DNA of 64,000 nt from the human T2T-CHM13v2.0 reference genome, Homo sapiens (GCF_009914755.1 NC_060947.1), one strand, 5' to 3'. Positions 1 through 14,455 are shown, counted from the first letter of the stretch. A program made the numbers and translations. The notes: generated by a model not told the origin, from the sequence alone.

Positions 1-245
1 TTTGATACATGTTTTCTAATAACCCAGTTTGTCTGTTCTTGCCTTCAGGCCATCAGACTCCAAACAGTCATGCAACCAAAGCCTCTGACAATGGCCCCTT
101 CTGCTGGGAACCCTTAGGCCTCTGAAGGAGATCTGACTGCCGCTTCCCCAAAACAGCGCCCCTGTCAACCGGAAGCAGTTAAGATTGGTCTTCATCCTTC
201 TCCTTAATCTAATGGCAGTTAGATGTACTTCTTTAGAGTGGGGGA
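1..245 (+). mobile_element. 3' end of ERV1 internal region (MER61-int-like)
   Basis: Ends in polypurine tract agagtggggga immediately before the LTR TG. Confidence 0.65.
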
Positions 246-545
246 TGAGACAGCCAGGTGGGAGGGGGTCCCTAGAGAAACTCCAACCAGCCTGCCCACT
301 GACATGGAGACTCGGGAAGTTCACAGGGACTTTGTGGAACCCAGGATCCGCAGGGCCTGGTGGGAAGCGCTCTAGCATAGGGACTCTGGCCTTGCAAGAG
401 TCCCTGTTTCCCACTTTTTCCCCCTTTTCACCCGATAAAACCCTGCTTTACTCACCCTCTAAACCATCTGCAAGCCTAAATTTTCATGGCCATGGGACAG
501 ACAAGGACTCCATCTTTAGCTGAACTGAGGAAAAGTCCTGCAACA
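246..545 (+). mobile_element. ERV1 3' LTR, MER61-like
   Basis: Begins TGAGACAGCCAGGTGGGAGGGGGTCCC and ends GGAAAAGTCCTGCAACA (TG...CA). Confidence 0.8.
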
Positions 546-2045
546 TTAGAAAGTTCATTCAGAGTCGGTTTCAATTTTTTTTAATAAGAGAAGAAAAATT
601 ATCTAGAATGAAGTTCCTATAACATATGTAGAAGTCTGTTTTGTTCTTTGTGTCCTTACACCCAAGATTAAATGATCACAAAGAGAACTACAAGACATTC
701 ACTAGAAAGATAAGCTAGAGAAGTTAGTGAAGTTCCGAAAAAGAAAAACAATGTGAGGACACTAACCCTACCAAAAATTCAAATCTGCAGTGATGTATGT
801 CTCAGCAATTGGAAAAGTGGGTGAATAAAGAATGAGGCCAATGAGAGAGAATAGAAAGTCCAAAAATTGAACCAGGTACATGATGTTACTACATGACAAA
901 AATAGCATCTCTAAGTTTAGTCTAAAATAGGAATTAGAATGAAGAGCTTGTAGTAATGTGGTAGAAGCTAATAATAAGCAAACAAACACACTCAGTGACG
1001 AGGTATACTATATTTCGTCAGTTCTAAGATGCACATTTATTCACACATTGACGTCTGTGAATTTGGGATTTAATATCTCGGAACTCAATGGTACCTCACA
1101 ATCTCACAATTATTTGTCACTTCTATACCTAAATAGGCCTAAAAGAACTCTGTCAGTGTATATAAAATAAAAAGTTAAGTGATGAAAAAAATAGCATCTC
1201 TAATCAGTAGGCTCATAAGGACTTTGGATTACTGGGTTGTGATCTAAAAACAAAAGTTGGATCCATACCTCAATATATCTCATATGACTGTATGCTAGAA
1301 CAAGCTTTAAGTGATTCATAGATTTAAATGTAAAAATAACAAGTAGAAAAAAAAAAGAAACCATAAAAGCATTTCAAGAAATATGAGTGAATAGACCAAG
1401 AATATAGATGAATAACAAAAGAACTAATATAAATGGCTTCTAAAACCTGTAAAAATATGCCTAATCTCAGTTATTATTATAGAAATACAAATGAAAATTA
1501 AATCACATTGAGGTATTATTTCTCACCTCTAAGACTGACAAAAATCTAAACGTGTAACAATACATTCTATTGATGAGGTTATGAGCAACAAGTATCAGAT
1601 ATTACAGGTGGAAATGCAAATTGACACTATCAGAATTACAAATGTGTTTACGTTTTGAACTCATTCTACAGATGCACCTGCACATATAAGAAGTGATACA
1701 TGTTTATAATTATTCACTGAAGTACTGTTTGTAATAGCAAAAGACTGGGCACAATCCAACTCTCACAATAGCGAACTGGTTAAATAAACTTTGCCACATC
1801 CACACAATGGAATACCATGTGGCTACTGAAATAGAACAGACACTCTACTCTATGCACTGTTATGGAAAAACACTGGAACACAGAAACTAGTATGATTGGT
1901 TACCTAAAGGGAGCAGTAGAGAAAGGGGTGGATGGGGAGGGTGGTAGAGGGAATTATGCCTTAATATATGTCTTTCTGTATCACTTTAACGTTCTACTAT
2001 TGTGAATGCATTTCCTTTTCAAAAAATTTAAATAAAAATTTTAAA
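546..2045 (+). mobile_element. Old L1M fragments (ORF2 end and 3'UTR) with an inserted segment
   Basis: Degenerate L1 3' motifs such as ccacacaatggaatac and ttgtaatagcaaaagactgg; A-rich. Confidence 0.65.
1008..1110 (+). mobile_element. Tc2-type DNA transposon end (MER104/Kanga-like)
   Basis: ctatatttcgtcagttctaagatgcacattt resembles the CCGTATTTCATCGATTCTAAGATGCAC terminus. Confidence 0.45.
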
Positions 2046-3939
2046 TATATATTACAGAAATCTAAGTTGAATGTATTTCATTGTATTAACAAGACAAGCC
2101 TGTTAACAAACTTTGCCTCCTTATTAGGATCTATTGTGATCCTTTGCTTGTTGTGATGATCCTGTCATATGTCATATTAAATTGTAATTGTTAAAAGGAG
2201 AAGTCCAGAGAATGCTAATTACACCTATTAGGTCCATAGATTAGAAGAAAGATATACATAGATAACAGTTACAACATATATTTCCATCAGTTATTCATTG
2301 AGAATTCATATGATGGAGGATGTTTGGGTATTTTGTGGGTATTCAAAAATGTGATCCTTGGCTTCAGGAAAATGATATTTGATCGTCAAAAAGAGATTTG
2401 ACACATCAGCTCCTAGTGGGAACTTACAGCAGGTTTCCTCACTAAGATTAAGTCATTAAACATCATGATTGTTAGAGAAACATACCTTGGAATCTTGTTC
2501 AGCCTATGTGGCCTGGAGGCTGATTTTATCTCCACTGTACCAACCCCAGAAGGTTTTACCATGGTGCTGGATCAGAGGAATGTCATGATTCAAGCTTTCC
2601 TTTTCACAACTCCATCAACATGTTTTTCTTCATCTCCAGCATTGGGGCTTCCTCTGTCCTCTCTCTACCTTTCTGCCAGCACAGCTTTCTCTTCCCCTTC
2701 TTTTTGATGCTGTTCAGTCACCTAGAAAGATGTGCAGTGGCATTCACAGTCAATGATTGGCATCAGATTTTCCTCATTATTCTGCCATAGAGTCAGCATT
2801 GAAATTGATGGGAAACCAAGTGCAATCACATGAAATTGATTGCCATTTGGGTCCTATTGATTATCCTGCCAAATCTAAGACAAGAAGAATAGCTATGCTG
2901 GATGGCAAAAAGGCAGTGACTACACATATTTCAGTTGTCATTTAGGGTTGGCTGAAATGGCATCTGCCCATTGATCTAGACCAGAAAATATGAAGGAGTT
3001 GCCCTTACAAAAAAGCATGCCAGTGGGGGGAAACACTCATTCTTGCCCACTAACGGTGACCTCTTAAACTTACCTTCTATTTAATTAGGAATTCACTAAT
3101 TCTCCCTTTTCTAACCTACAAAACTGAGAACTGAGGACTTCTGGGACTGTGGTGGACTGAGTTACTATAAATAATCCTCCTACTGCAAACACACAGAGGT
3201 GCTGGATGAAATACATCACCAATAACTTTTAAATATATAGTTTAGATCAAATAAAGGAAGGGGAATCCCTGCAAGTACAAAAATAAGAGGAAATCAAAAG
3301 CAAAGCCCCATGGGTTTGGGATGGGGGCAGGGTGCAGTGTCAGGCCCAGATGGAGGTCTTCATGGCCAGGCGTTAGGATTAAAGGTCCATATAGGAGCAG
3401 AAGACATGGCCTTGGATCCATAAATAATGAGTTGGAACTTATTTCATTTTACAAAGCAAGGACTCCAGTAAAGTTGTCTCCTCAATGAAGGTGGACTAGA
3501 AAAACTCTACTGATTGGCCCAAGAATTTAACAAGGGAGGTTGTCATTGCCCAAAACTCTAAACGGATTTTTTTAAAAAAGTTTCCTGGAAGAAAATGAAC
3601 CCCGAGGTATGTGCCACAAGTGGGTATGGAATATAAATTTTTACTACCCATACAGTATGAAAGTCTAAAAAAATTAAAATAAAAACTGGTGTTAGACCAA
3701 CAAAATCTCTGAGCCATCTGGCCGAGAGAAATAGAAAAACAATTTTGGAGGAATCCTACAATACAGGGTATAGGGGATGTCAGAGATGTTTTAAAAACAT
3801 TGGCCAAAATATTTTTTATATTCCACTGAGAGTTGGGGTCTATGTTCCTTCTACTTAAAACCAGGCAGGCTCCTACTAGGACCCTGAAAGAAGCAAGAAA
3901 AAATAAAAAACGAAAATAAAGATAAATAAATCCAAGCAA

Positions 3940-4368
3940 GCTTGTGACCGCTTTGACAAACGGAACACAGCAGAAGTGATGCTACCTAATTTCTGAGGCT
4001 AAGCTTTAAGAAGTCTTGAACCTACCATCTTGTTTGCTGAAAAAAAAAAAAATTCACCATCAGAAGACTGCCATGCTGGAGAGTCCACATGTAGGTGTTC
4101 CCACCTACAGTGTCAGATGAGCACTTGGCTCACAGCTAGAATCAGTTTCCAGCCCTGTGAGTAAACCATCTTGGACGTGTAACCCAGTCAATCCTTCAGT
4201 TGACTATAGGCCCAGCTGGCATCTGACTACAACAGCATGAAAGAATCCAAGCAAGAACTGCCTAGTCAAGCCTTCCCTGAATTTCTGACCCACAAATGTG
4301 AGCAACATAAAATAGTTATTTTAAGCCTCTATGTTTTGGGAGAATTTGTAGAAACAGACAAACAGAAC
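3940..4368 (+). mobile_element. MLT1-family MaLR LTR
   Basis: cttgtgaccgctttgac...cagaagtgatgc and 3' end ttttaagcctctatgttttgggag...aaca. Confidence 0.7.
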
Positions 4369-4947
4369 AAAGGGGAAGAAAAAGTATCTGCTGAAGAGAT
4401 GCTCATTAACACAAATTATAAACATGAAAAGAAATGGCCCACAATGAAGGAGAAGTCCACAGAAATAGAAAGATATTGAGAACTGGCAACAATGTAACCA
4501 TCTGAAGGATACTATACATCAGGTATGTTAAAAATGATTAAAGAAGTTTGCCAACACACTCTGCTAATGAGAGTGTGGTGAATCGGGCACTTTCATGCAT
4601 TGTTAGTGGGAACACAAGTTTCTAACTCCTAACAAAATGTTACCTTTGGAGAACAATTGGGTTATATCTATCAAAATTATAAATGCAGGTACCCTTTGCC
4701 CAGTAATCACCCTCTGTGACTCTATTCCACAGATACACCTGAGCACACATAAAATAATAACAAACACACGCACAAGTTATTTACTGCAGTATTATCTGTA
4801 AGAGCAAATGGCTGGAAACAACCCATGTATCTAGCAATAGGATACTGGTTAAACTATGGTATGGCCACACAATGGAATACTATGTCATTGCAAAAAATGA
4901 ATGAGGTCATGACTTTATGTGCAAAAAGTAAGATACAATACCATCTA

Positions 4948-5313
<366 letters not shown>

Positions 5314-6411
5314 TCAAAAATCCTTATATTTGCACAAAGAAACACTGGGAGGGTACACAGGAAACTAATAAAGGAAGTTACTGCAGGGAGGAATACGTCA
5401 TTTTGATTTTTAAGCTACATGAATAAAATGAGACATTTTAAACATGATAAAAGAAGGAGTCAAAACTACAATAAAAGGAAAAGACTGAAAAAAGAGAAAT
5501 ATTTGAAAAGGGAATATGAAAAATAGAGTTATTAGAATGAAAAATTGAATTAGTAGATTAGACACAGCTGAGAACCAACCTAAGAAAATTACTTATAATT
5601 CAGCAAAGAGAAATGAATAGATAGAAAATACGTCAAAGAGATTAGGAAACATGAAGGTGAGAACTGAAAGGTCCAACATACATCTAATAAGAGTTCCAAA
5701 AGGTGAAATTAGAGAAAATGAGGTAGAGACAATATTTGAAGAAATAATGAATGGGAAATTTCCGTAACTGACGAAAGATGTTAATCATCTCTTTCAAAAA
5801 TAGGAAATTTAAAAAAATCCTAATACAGAAACATCACAATGAAATTGAAAAATACTGAAAACATATAGAAAATCGTAATCAGAGAAAAAAGACCAAGGAA
5901 CAAAAATTAGACTCAAAACAGACTTAGTGGCTGCAGCAGCAATAGTGCCAGAATACAATTGAATATTATCTTTGTTAACCTCAATTCTATTCTCAGCCAG
6001 ATTTGCATTCAATATTGAGACAAAACAGACATTCTTAGACAAAGAATGACAGCACTGACCACTCATAGACCTTTGCTGGAAAAAAAAAAACAACTTTAAA
6101 GGATACACTTCAATAACAAGGGTACTGAACCCAGAAGGAAGAAGTGGAATACAAGAGACAATGTGAGCTAGGTCATTGCTCAACATGGAGTTAAAATCTA
6201 AATACACATTAACTATAAAAACAATAGCAACGATGACGAGTAATAGGATGTTAAAAACAGGGGACAACTAAATACTGGGCAACAAAAACGTGGAAGGTGG
6301 GAGGATCGTGCTTGGAGTTTGTGCTCCAAGGTCTTATCTTGTTCAAGAGTAAGGTGGAGATACTAACTTTTCATGTCAAGCATGCATGTTCAGCATTTAA
6401 GAATCAGCACT

Positions 6412-6741
<330 letters not shown>

Positions 6742-7689
6742 AGATTCAGCGCTAAAGTAATGGAATCATAACTTCTAAACCAGAAAAGAAAGAAAGAGAA
6801 AGCAGTAAAAAAAAAAAAATAGGAGCAATTCAAGAAAACAAGAAAAGGTATGATACAAAGGAAATGCAAAATAAAATGTTAGAAATAAATAAAAATATAT
6901 TAGGAACCACAATAATACATGTGAATTAAACTCAAAAGTTATAAAATAGTTTCTAACTTTAGATTTTTTTAATCCAGAAAAACTCCTTAAACATAATGAC
7001 ACAAAAATATTGAAAGTAAAGGGATGAAGAAGATATACAAACCAAAGAATAACAAAATAGTCAGATATGGCAATATTTATGTTAAACAAAATATACTTCA
7101 AAATAAAAAGCATTATGTGATATTAAGTTGTTCACTACACAGTTATAAAAAGAAAAATATAACAGTCATGAATTAGCTTGCATTTAACAATAGATTTTCA
7201 ATATATATAAAGCAAAAATCAATAATATTGCATAGAAAAATTAAAAACTGTACAATTAGTGGGGAGTTTTAACACATCTCTTTCAGAAATATATAGATTA
7301 AGAGGGTAAAATCCTAATAAGGATATAGAGGATTCATACAATACAATTAATAAGTTTTACTTAATGGTCATGCATATGTCTGAGTCCAACAATTTGCAAA
7401 TAGGTATTTTTCTCAAGAATACCTAAGAATACATACAAAAATTGACTATATACGTGATCATAAATATGTCTCAACAATGTCAAATATCTCACTACTAAGC
7501 AAAATTACTACATAGGAATAATTGTACTACTCTACATCATGTGTCATTTGACTTATTTAAATATGTTTATGTGTGTGTGTGCCCACACCACAGGCACGTA
7601 TCTGGAGGGATGGAGGGAGAGTAGGGGTTTTCTAAAAAGAAAATAGATTTGATGTAAATTATTTGGAAAGATTATTTCTCCAATATCTT

Positions 7690-7846
7690 TCTTTCTTTTT
7701 AGAAACAGGGTCTCATTCTGTCATCCAGGCTGGAATGCAGTGGCATTATCATAGCTCACTGCAGCCTTGAACTCCTGGGCTCAGGCAATCCTCCCACCTC
7801 AGCCTCCAGAGAAGTTGGAACTACAGGTGTGAGCCATCATGCCGAC
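7690..7846 (-). mobile_element. Alu monomer (FRAM/AluJ right arm)
   Basis: Single right-arm-type monomer with T-rich tail. Confidence 0.85.
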
Positions 7847-7887
7847 TTGTTTCTCAGTTTCTTGAATTATTGTAACGTATGATTTCA

Positions 7888-8932
7888 TCATCTACGTGTT
7901 GCTATTTTCATTGCATTATAGAGCTGTAAATCATAAGAGTGGTGTTTAATTGACAACAACATTTGTTCTAAACATCTATGAATGAAGCATTTCAGTTTGA
8001 CCTCTATATGAGGTTTTGGTGGCAAGAACGAAATGTAGGGTAATAGATGAAAGAAAAGATCTTTAAAATATCTTGGTTTCTTTCTTGTCAACCTATTTAA
8101 ACATTCTTATTAGCTTTGTAGTCCTACAAGAAAATAGCTGAAATATGGAGAAACTCATTGCTTTATTAAACATTCCTGTGATCTTATTCCTGCGAACTTC
8201 ACAGCATAAGAGAACCTGTATCGCCGAATGGTGGCAAACAAATAATGAATTGAATCTGACCTCTTTATTACAGGCTGAGGTGCCCCACTTATGTTTTTGT
8301 TTTTGTTACTTTTTACATCAAGCACAGTACAAAATTCTATGGCTCTCAAGCCTATAATTACTGCCTTGCATATATGACGAGATTAAGAATTAGGCTTGTC
8401 TTTTTGACAAAGTTTCAGTTGTCAGATTTTCCAAACAGTATTCTAATCATAGATCACTGAGGCATGGGATGAAAGATCTTGTCTATGTGATAGAAAGCTA
8501 AAGACTTAGTTTCCAAGTCCATCCCATAACTGCAGAAACTTTGCGGACACTCACCCAACTTCAGTATGTCAATGTGAATCTTATAGCATCTGTTGGGACT
8601 TCCAAACTTATTATATTGGGCTGAGTTCAGAGTATATCAAGAAGAATGCAAAACCATAAATGCACATAAAATTCATGTATAGAAAAATTGGCTGATCTGA
8701 TATTTTTATTTCATAAATACCTATTAAACCATCGAGGTAGATAGAGAAATTTAATCATAATCAGTTAAAATAATGATTATAGGATATAATGGGTGAAATA
8801 TTTGGGTTAAAATAATGACTGTGAATTGCAAGATCTTAACATCATTTCTGAATCATCAAAAAGGATGTGTTCAATGCCCTTCAATGTTGATTATATTTTG
8901 TTGTATCATCAATCTTGGAAAAATTATCGATC
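7888..8932 (-). pseudogene. Probable terminal coding exon remnant
   Basis: Pyrimidine tract plus aag| at 8932. ORFs 8155..8349 and 7888..8091 share one frame, separated only by stops, and end ...LYNAMKIATRR followed by TGA TGA. Confidence 0.55.
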
Positions 8933-8974
8933 CTTGCATGGGATGAAAAGAGCAGAATAAAAATGACATTGTTT

Positions 8975-9200
8975 CTTAACTGCCTACTATGTGCTGGCAC
9001 TGGACTAATGCCTTTGCAGGAGTTATCTCATCAAATCCTCAAGATAGTCTAGTGCAGTAGGGTGTAATTGTCCCTGTTAAGCAGACATGAGACAGACTGA
9101 GTGATGCTTTCTCATTTCCAGGGTTACCTAGCTGGTGGATGACATCTCAGCATCAGACTCTAGGTGTTTCTTATTCCAAAGTTTATGTTCTTCCCACCAC
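8975..9200 (-). mobile_element. MIR
   Basis: tgcctactatgtgctggcac...atctcatcaaatcctca...gacagactgag. Confidence 0.6.
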
Positions 9201-9259
9201 GTGTTGCCACTATATGCTCTACAAGCCGTATATTTTGAACTGTTTAATTCACAAGAAGA

Positions 9260-9400
9260 TACATTTTTGAACCAGATATGTATCCACTTTGCAAAAGAAA
9301 GCCAATATGGTTGCATCATTTAAGTCTCTGAAGCAGCTCTGTTTTCCTGTATTTTGAAGGATGCATAACCAGTTGTATCAATTTCGTGTAGCAAACCATC
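9260..9400 (-). pseudogene. Exon remnant, DGLLHEIDTTGYASFKIQENRAASET*MMQPYWLSF
   Basis: Unique island between MIR and L2 with an RGS C-terminal-like Q.......M..yW..F pattern. Splice sites degraded. Confidence 0.35.
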
Positions 9401-9449
9401 ACAAGAAAAACAAATATTATGTTTAATTTGCAAAATTGAGTTCTACAAC

Positions 9450-10040
9450 TTCATTTATTCATTTGTTTGTTCTCTTCTTTAACAAGCATTTATTAAATGT
9501 TTATTATGTGCCCAGTATCACATTAGATATCAGAGAAGATAAAAAGCAATAGAATACCATAGAAAACCTCATAATCCGGCTGGAGAAAAGCAATGTACAA
9601 ATATACAATTAAAAGCAAAACAACTGTAGAATGATTCTAAAATAAAATGTAGACAAATATAAGACAATATGTTTCGAGCTTCAGAATTCAAAGAAAGGTA
9701 AATGTCACTATAAAGTATCATTAATGAGGCAAGGCTTAGCTGATGAATAGAATTGTAAAGACTTAAAAAAGAGTGTGATTTGGTTCAGCTAGGAGGGATA
9801 CTTGGCTTTAGAAAATAGCAGAAACAAAACAGAGTATGGGACTGAGTCCTCTCTGATCTCCTAATCTGACTTAGGCTTTCCTCTTCTGCTCCCTCTTTGA
9901 GCACTCGTCACATTTTTCTGAGAATTTATGAAGCTACCTGCCTAGTTCCTGTAAGCAAGGGCTCTGTCCTTTCATTTAAACATCTCTGGCACATGGGAGT
10001 TTCACATATAGGTGGTGAATGAATGAATGAATAAATGACA
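9450..10040. mobile_element. L2 3' fragments in both orientations
   Basis: cattt/aacaagcatttatt tail at 9450 and tgaatgaatgaat tail at 10020. Confidence 0.55.
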
Positions 10041-10281
10041 GGTGACCTTTGGTTGAGAAAGGACTTTGGTGGGTGGTCCATGATTAGAATCATAGACTTC
10101 CCCAGCTCTATTCAGCTTAAATAAATAGTGCTGCATATATTGAGTAAAAATTATGTATGACTGGCTCATTTTATTTACAATATAAATGAATTATTTAAAT
10201 AACAATGGTGTGTCTTTTGCTAGGTGTTGATTGGGCAAATCTTGTCTGCTTTAGTTGTTCCAAATTAAAACATTATTTTAC

Positions 10282-10387
10282 CATTTCATGCTTAAATGAG
10301 ATCACATGTGCCCTGCCAATTAGAATTATATCACGTCTCTTCCTATTTTATATTTCAGTCTCTTGGATGATATGTGCCTGGGTAAGA
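10282..10387 (-). pseudogene. Exon remnant (106 nt), LTQAHIIQETEI*NRKRRDIILIGRAHVISFKHEM
   Basis: ctttctgtaacag| acceptor and ATG|gtaaaa donor; one stop in 35 codons. Confidence 0.5.
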
Positions 10388-10417
10388 CTGTTACAGAAAG
10401 CAGTCTTTGAAAATCTG

Positions 10418-10510
10418 GTGAATCATTCCACCTTGTTTACATATATCAAAACATCACATTGTACTACATAAATGTATACATTTACGATTTGTCAATTAAA
10501 AATAATATTA
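10418..10510 (+). mobile_element. Short L1MA 3' end
   Basis: acatatatcaaaacatcacattgtac...tttgtcaattaaaaataa. Confidence 0.7.
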
Positions 10511-10611
10511 GTTTTTTTAAAAAAGAAAATATGATGCAGTAACTAGTTAATGATTAATGATTCTGTAGTAAGGGCATCAAAACCAAAAATTATTTTTTCC
10601 ACATCATGTAT

Positions 10612-13488
10612 TATTTTTTTTCCAACTTTTATTTTAGGTTCCAGGGTCCATGTGCAGGTTTGTTACATGGGTATTTATAAATTGCATGTTGCAGGGGTTT
10701 GATGTGCAGATTATTTTATCACCCAGGTAATGAGCATAGTACCCAATAGGTAGTCTTTTCTTTTCTCCTCTCCTCTCCTCTCCTCTCCTCTCCTCTCTTC
10801 TCCTCTTTCTTTTTCTTTCTTTCTTTCTTTTTCTTTCTTTCTTTCTTTTCTTTCCCTCCCTCCCTCCCTTCCCTCCTTCCTTCCTTCCCTCCCTCCCTCC
10901 CTCTCTCTCTTTCTTCTTTTCTTTTCTTTCTTTTTCTTAGAGGGAGTCCCACTTTGTCACCCAGGCTGAAGTGCAGTTTCGGCTCACTACAACCTCTGCC
11001 TCCTAGGCTCAAGTGATCCTCCTACCTCAGCCTGCCAAGTAGCTGGGACCACAGATGCACACTACCATACCTGGCTAATTTTTTGTGTTTTTGGTAGAGA
11101 CAGAGTTTCACCATGTTGCTCAGGCTGGTCTCAAACTCTTGAGGTCAAGTGATCCACCCCCCTCTGTCTCCCATAGTGCATGATTACGGGTGTGAGGCAC
11201 CGTGCCTGGCCTCCAGTAGGTAGTTTTTTGATCCTGACCCTCCTGCCACTCTCCACTCTTGAGTAGACCTTGGTGTCTATTGTTCTCTTCTTTGTGTCTG
11301 CGTGTATTCAATGTTTTGCTCCCACTTATAAGACAGAACATACACTACTTGGTTTTCTGTTCCTGTGTTAATTTGCTTAGGATAATAGCCTCCAGCTCCA
11401 TCCATGTTGCTGCAAAGGATATAATTTTATTCTTTTTTATGGTTGCATAGTATCCCATGGTGTATATTTACCACATTTTCTTTATCCAATCTGCCATTGA
11501 TGGGCATTTAGGTTGATGTTATGTCTTTGCTATTGTGAATAGCGCTGCAAATAACATACATATGCATGTGTTTTTATGGTAAAACAATTTCTATTCCTTT
11601 GGGTATATACCCAGTAATGGGATTGCTAGGTTGAATGGCAGTTCCATTTTAAGTTCTTTGAGAAATCTCCAAACTGCTTTCCACAGTGGCTGGACCAATT
11701 TACATTCCCACCAGCAGTGTATAAGCATTCCCTTTTCTGCACAACCTTGCTAGCATCTGTTATTTTTTCACTTTTTAATAATAGCCATTCTGACTGGTGT
11801 GAGATGGTCTCTCATTGTGGTTTTTATTTGCATTTCTCTAATGACTAGTGATGTTGAGCATTTTTTCATATGTCTATTGGCCATGTGCATGTCTTCTTTC
11901 AAGAAATGTCTGATCATGTCCTTTGCCCATTTTTAAACGGGGTTGTTTGTTTTTTTGCTTGCCAATTTGTTTAAGTTCCTTATAGATTCTGGATATTTGA
12001 CTTTTGTCAAATGCGTAGTTTGCAAATATTTTCTCCCGTTCTGTAGGTTGTCTGTTTACCCTGTTGATATTTTCTTTTGCTGTGTAGAAGCTCTTTAGTT
12101 TAATTAGGTCCCACTTGTCAATTTTGTTTTTGTTTTTATTGCAAAATTTTGGCATTTTGGTCATGAAATCTTTGCCAGGGCCTGTGTCGAGAATGGCATT
12201 TCCTAGGTTTTCTTCTAGGGTTTTTATAGCTTCATGTCTTATATTTAAGACTTTAATGCATCTTCAGTTTATTTTTGTATAAGGTGAAAGAAAGGAGTCG
12301 AGTTTCAACCTTCTGCATATGGCTAGCCAGTTATCCCAGCACCATTTATTGAATAGGAAGTTCTTTCCCCATTGCTTATAATTGTGAACTTTGTCAAAGA
12401 TCAGCTGTTTGTAGGTCTGCAACTTTATTTCTGGGTTCTCTAGCCTGTTCTATTGCTTTATATGTCTCTCTTTGTATCAGTACCATGCTTTTTTGTTACT
12501 GTAGCTTTGTAGTATAGTTTGAAGTCAGGTAATGTGATGCCTCTGGCTTTGTTCCTTTTGCTTCAGATTGCTTTGGCTACTCAGACTCTTTTTTGGTTTC
12601 ATATGAATTTTAGAATTTTTTCTAATTCTGTGAAAGATGTCATTGGTAGTTTGATAGGAATACATTGAGTCCGGAAATTGCTTTGAGCAGTATGGCCATT
12701 TTAACTATATTGATTCTTCCTAGACATGAGCATGGAATAAAAAACCTACCATCCAGAAAGTGCCATAGAACATATGGATTCACAGCTAACTTCTATCAGA
12801 TGTATAAAGAAGAGCTGGTACCAGTCCTACTGAAACTATTCCAAAAATTGAGTAGAGGCTCCTCCCTAACTCATCTTATGTGGCCGGCATTTTTCCGATA
12901 CCAAAACCTGGTAGAGACATGACAAAAAAAGAAAACTTCATGCCAATATCCCTGATGAACATAGATGCAAAAGTCTTCAACAAAAGCCTAATCCTGTAGC
13001 ACATCAAAAGGCCAACCTACCACAGTTAAGTAGGCTTTATCCCTGGGATGCAAGGTTGGCTCAACATATGCAAATCAATAAATGTGGTTAATCACATAAA
13101 CAGAACTAAAGACAGAAACCACATGATTATCTCAATAGATGCAGAAAATGCTTTCAATAAAATTTATCACTTCACTTTAAAAACCCTCAACAAACTAAGC
13201 ACTGAAGGAACATACCTCAAAATAATAAGAGCCATCTGTGAAAAACCCATAGCCAACATCATACTGAATGGGCAAAAGATGGAAGCATTCTCCTTGAGAA
13301 CTGGAACAAGACAAGGATGCCCACTTTCACCACTCCTATTCAACATAGTAGTAGAAGTCCTTACCAGAGCAATCAGGCAAAAGAAAGAAGTAAAGGGCAT
13401 CCAAGTAGAAAGAGGGGATGTCAAACAATCTCTCTTCAGAGATGATATGATTCTATATCTAGAAAACGCCATAGTCTCTGTCCAAAGA
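10612..13488 (-). mobile_element. L1PA/PB element with 5' inversion (10612-12738 minus, 12739-13488 plus)
   Basis: 3'UTR and ORF2 end on the minus strand, then ORF2 RT fragment on the plus strand (ORF 13048: [16 protein letters not shown]...FRDDMILY). Confidence 0.9.
10756..11211 (-). mobile_element. AluJ with expanded purine/pyrimidine microsatellite tail, inserted in L1
   Basis: Alu body 10939-11211; tail of (TCTCC)n, (TTTC)n, (CCCT)n; TSD taggtagt. Confidence 0.9.
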
Positions 13489-13604
13489 CTCCACCTTCAT
13501 GACCTCATTACCTCCCATAGGCCCCACCACCTAATACTATCACACTGGGGATTAGGATTTCAGCATATGAATTTGGGGGAGACACAAACATTCTGTCCGT
13601 AACA
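13489..13604 (-). mobile_element. MLT1/MaLR LTR 5' fragment
   Basis: ctaatactatcacactggggattaggatttcagcatatgaatttggggg...taaca. Confidence 0.75.
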
Positions 13605-13874
13605 GTAGCTCTCGTTTGCTTACTTCCTACTCAAGGTCCCTGTCCTTAAAACCCACCTCATTTAAACATGAACCACAGAAAAAGATTGTGATCAAACCCC
13701 TTACAAAAATATAACAAGTAAAAAGAGGGATTGAAGCAAATGACATATCAGCAGATAATGAAGACACTGGAGACAAAAATACAACCAAAAGACAAATGAA
13801 ACCTATTATGTAATATTACAAAATGAAGTTCAAAGAAAATAAGAAAACTATAAAGCTACAAAAAAGCAGCGTAT

Positions 13875-14455
13875 ATTTGGAGATTTCTCAAAGAACTTAG
13901 AACAGACCTACCATTTGACCCAGCAATCCCATTACTAGGTATGTACCCCCACAAAAATAAATTATTCTATCAAAAAGATATACGCATTCATATGTTCATT
14001 GCTGCACTATTCACAATAGCAAAGACATGAAATTAACCCAGATGCCCATCAGCTGTGGATTGGATAAGGAAAATGTGGTACATATACACCAAGGAATACT
14101 ATTCAGCCATAAAAAAGAATTAAATCATGTCCTTTGCAGCAACATGGATGCAGCCAGAGGCCATTATCCTAAGCAAACTAATGCAGGGACAGAAAACCAA
14201 ATACTGCATGTTCTCACTTATAAGTGAGAGCTAAGCATTGAGTCCACATGGACATAAATACAGGAACAATAGACACCATGGACTACTAGGGAGGGAGGCA
14301 GTTAAAAAAACTACCTATCAGGTACTATGCTTACTACCAGGGTGATGGAATCCTTACTCCAAACCTTAGCATCATGCAATATTCCCATGTAACAAATCTG
14401 TACGTACATGTACTCCCTGTATCTAAAATAAAAGTTGAAATTTAAAACAATGAAA
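13875..14455 (+). mobile_element. L1PA/PB 3' end
   Basis: ccatttgacccagcaatcccattact...ctaaaataaaagttg. Confidence 0.9.

Noticed and set aside
16-523. 132-aa and 112-aa overlapping ORFs
   Set aside because: Chance ORFs across the GC-richer MER61 LTR and internal end.
13048-13602. 184-aa reverse-transcriptase-like ORF
   Set aside because: Fragment of L1 ORF2 running into a MaLR LTR; not an independent gene or novel RT system.
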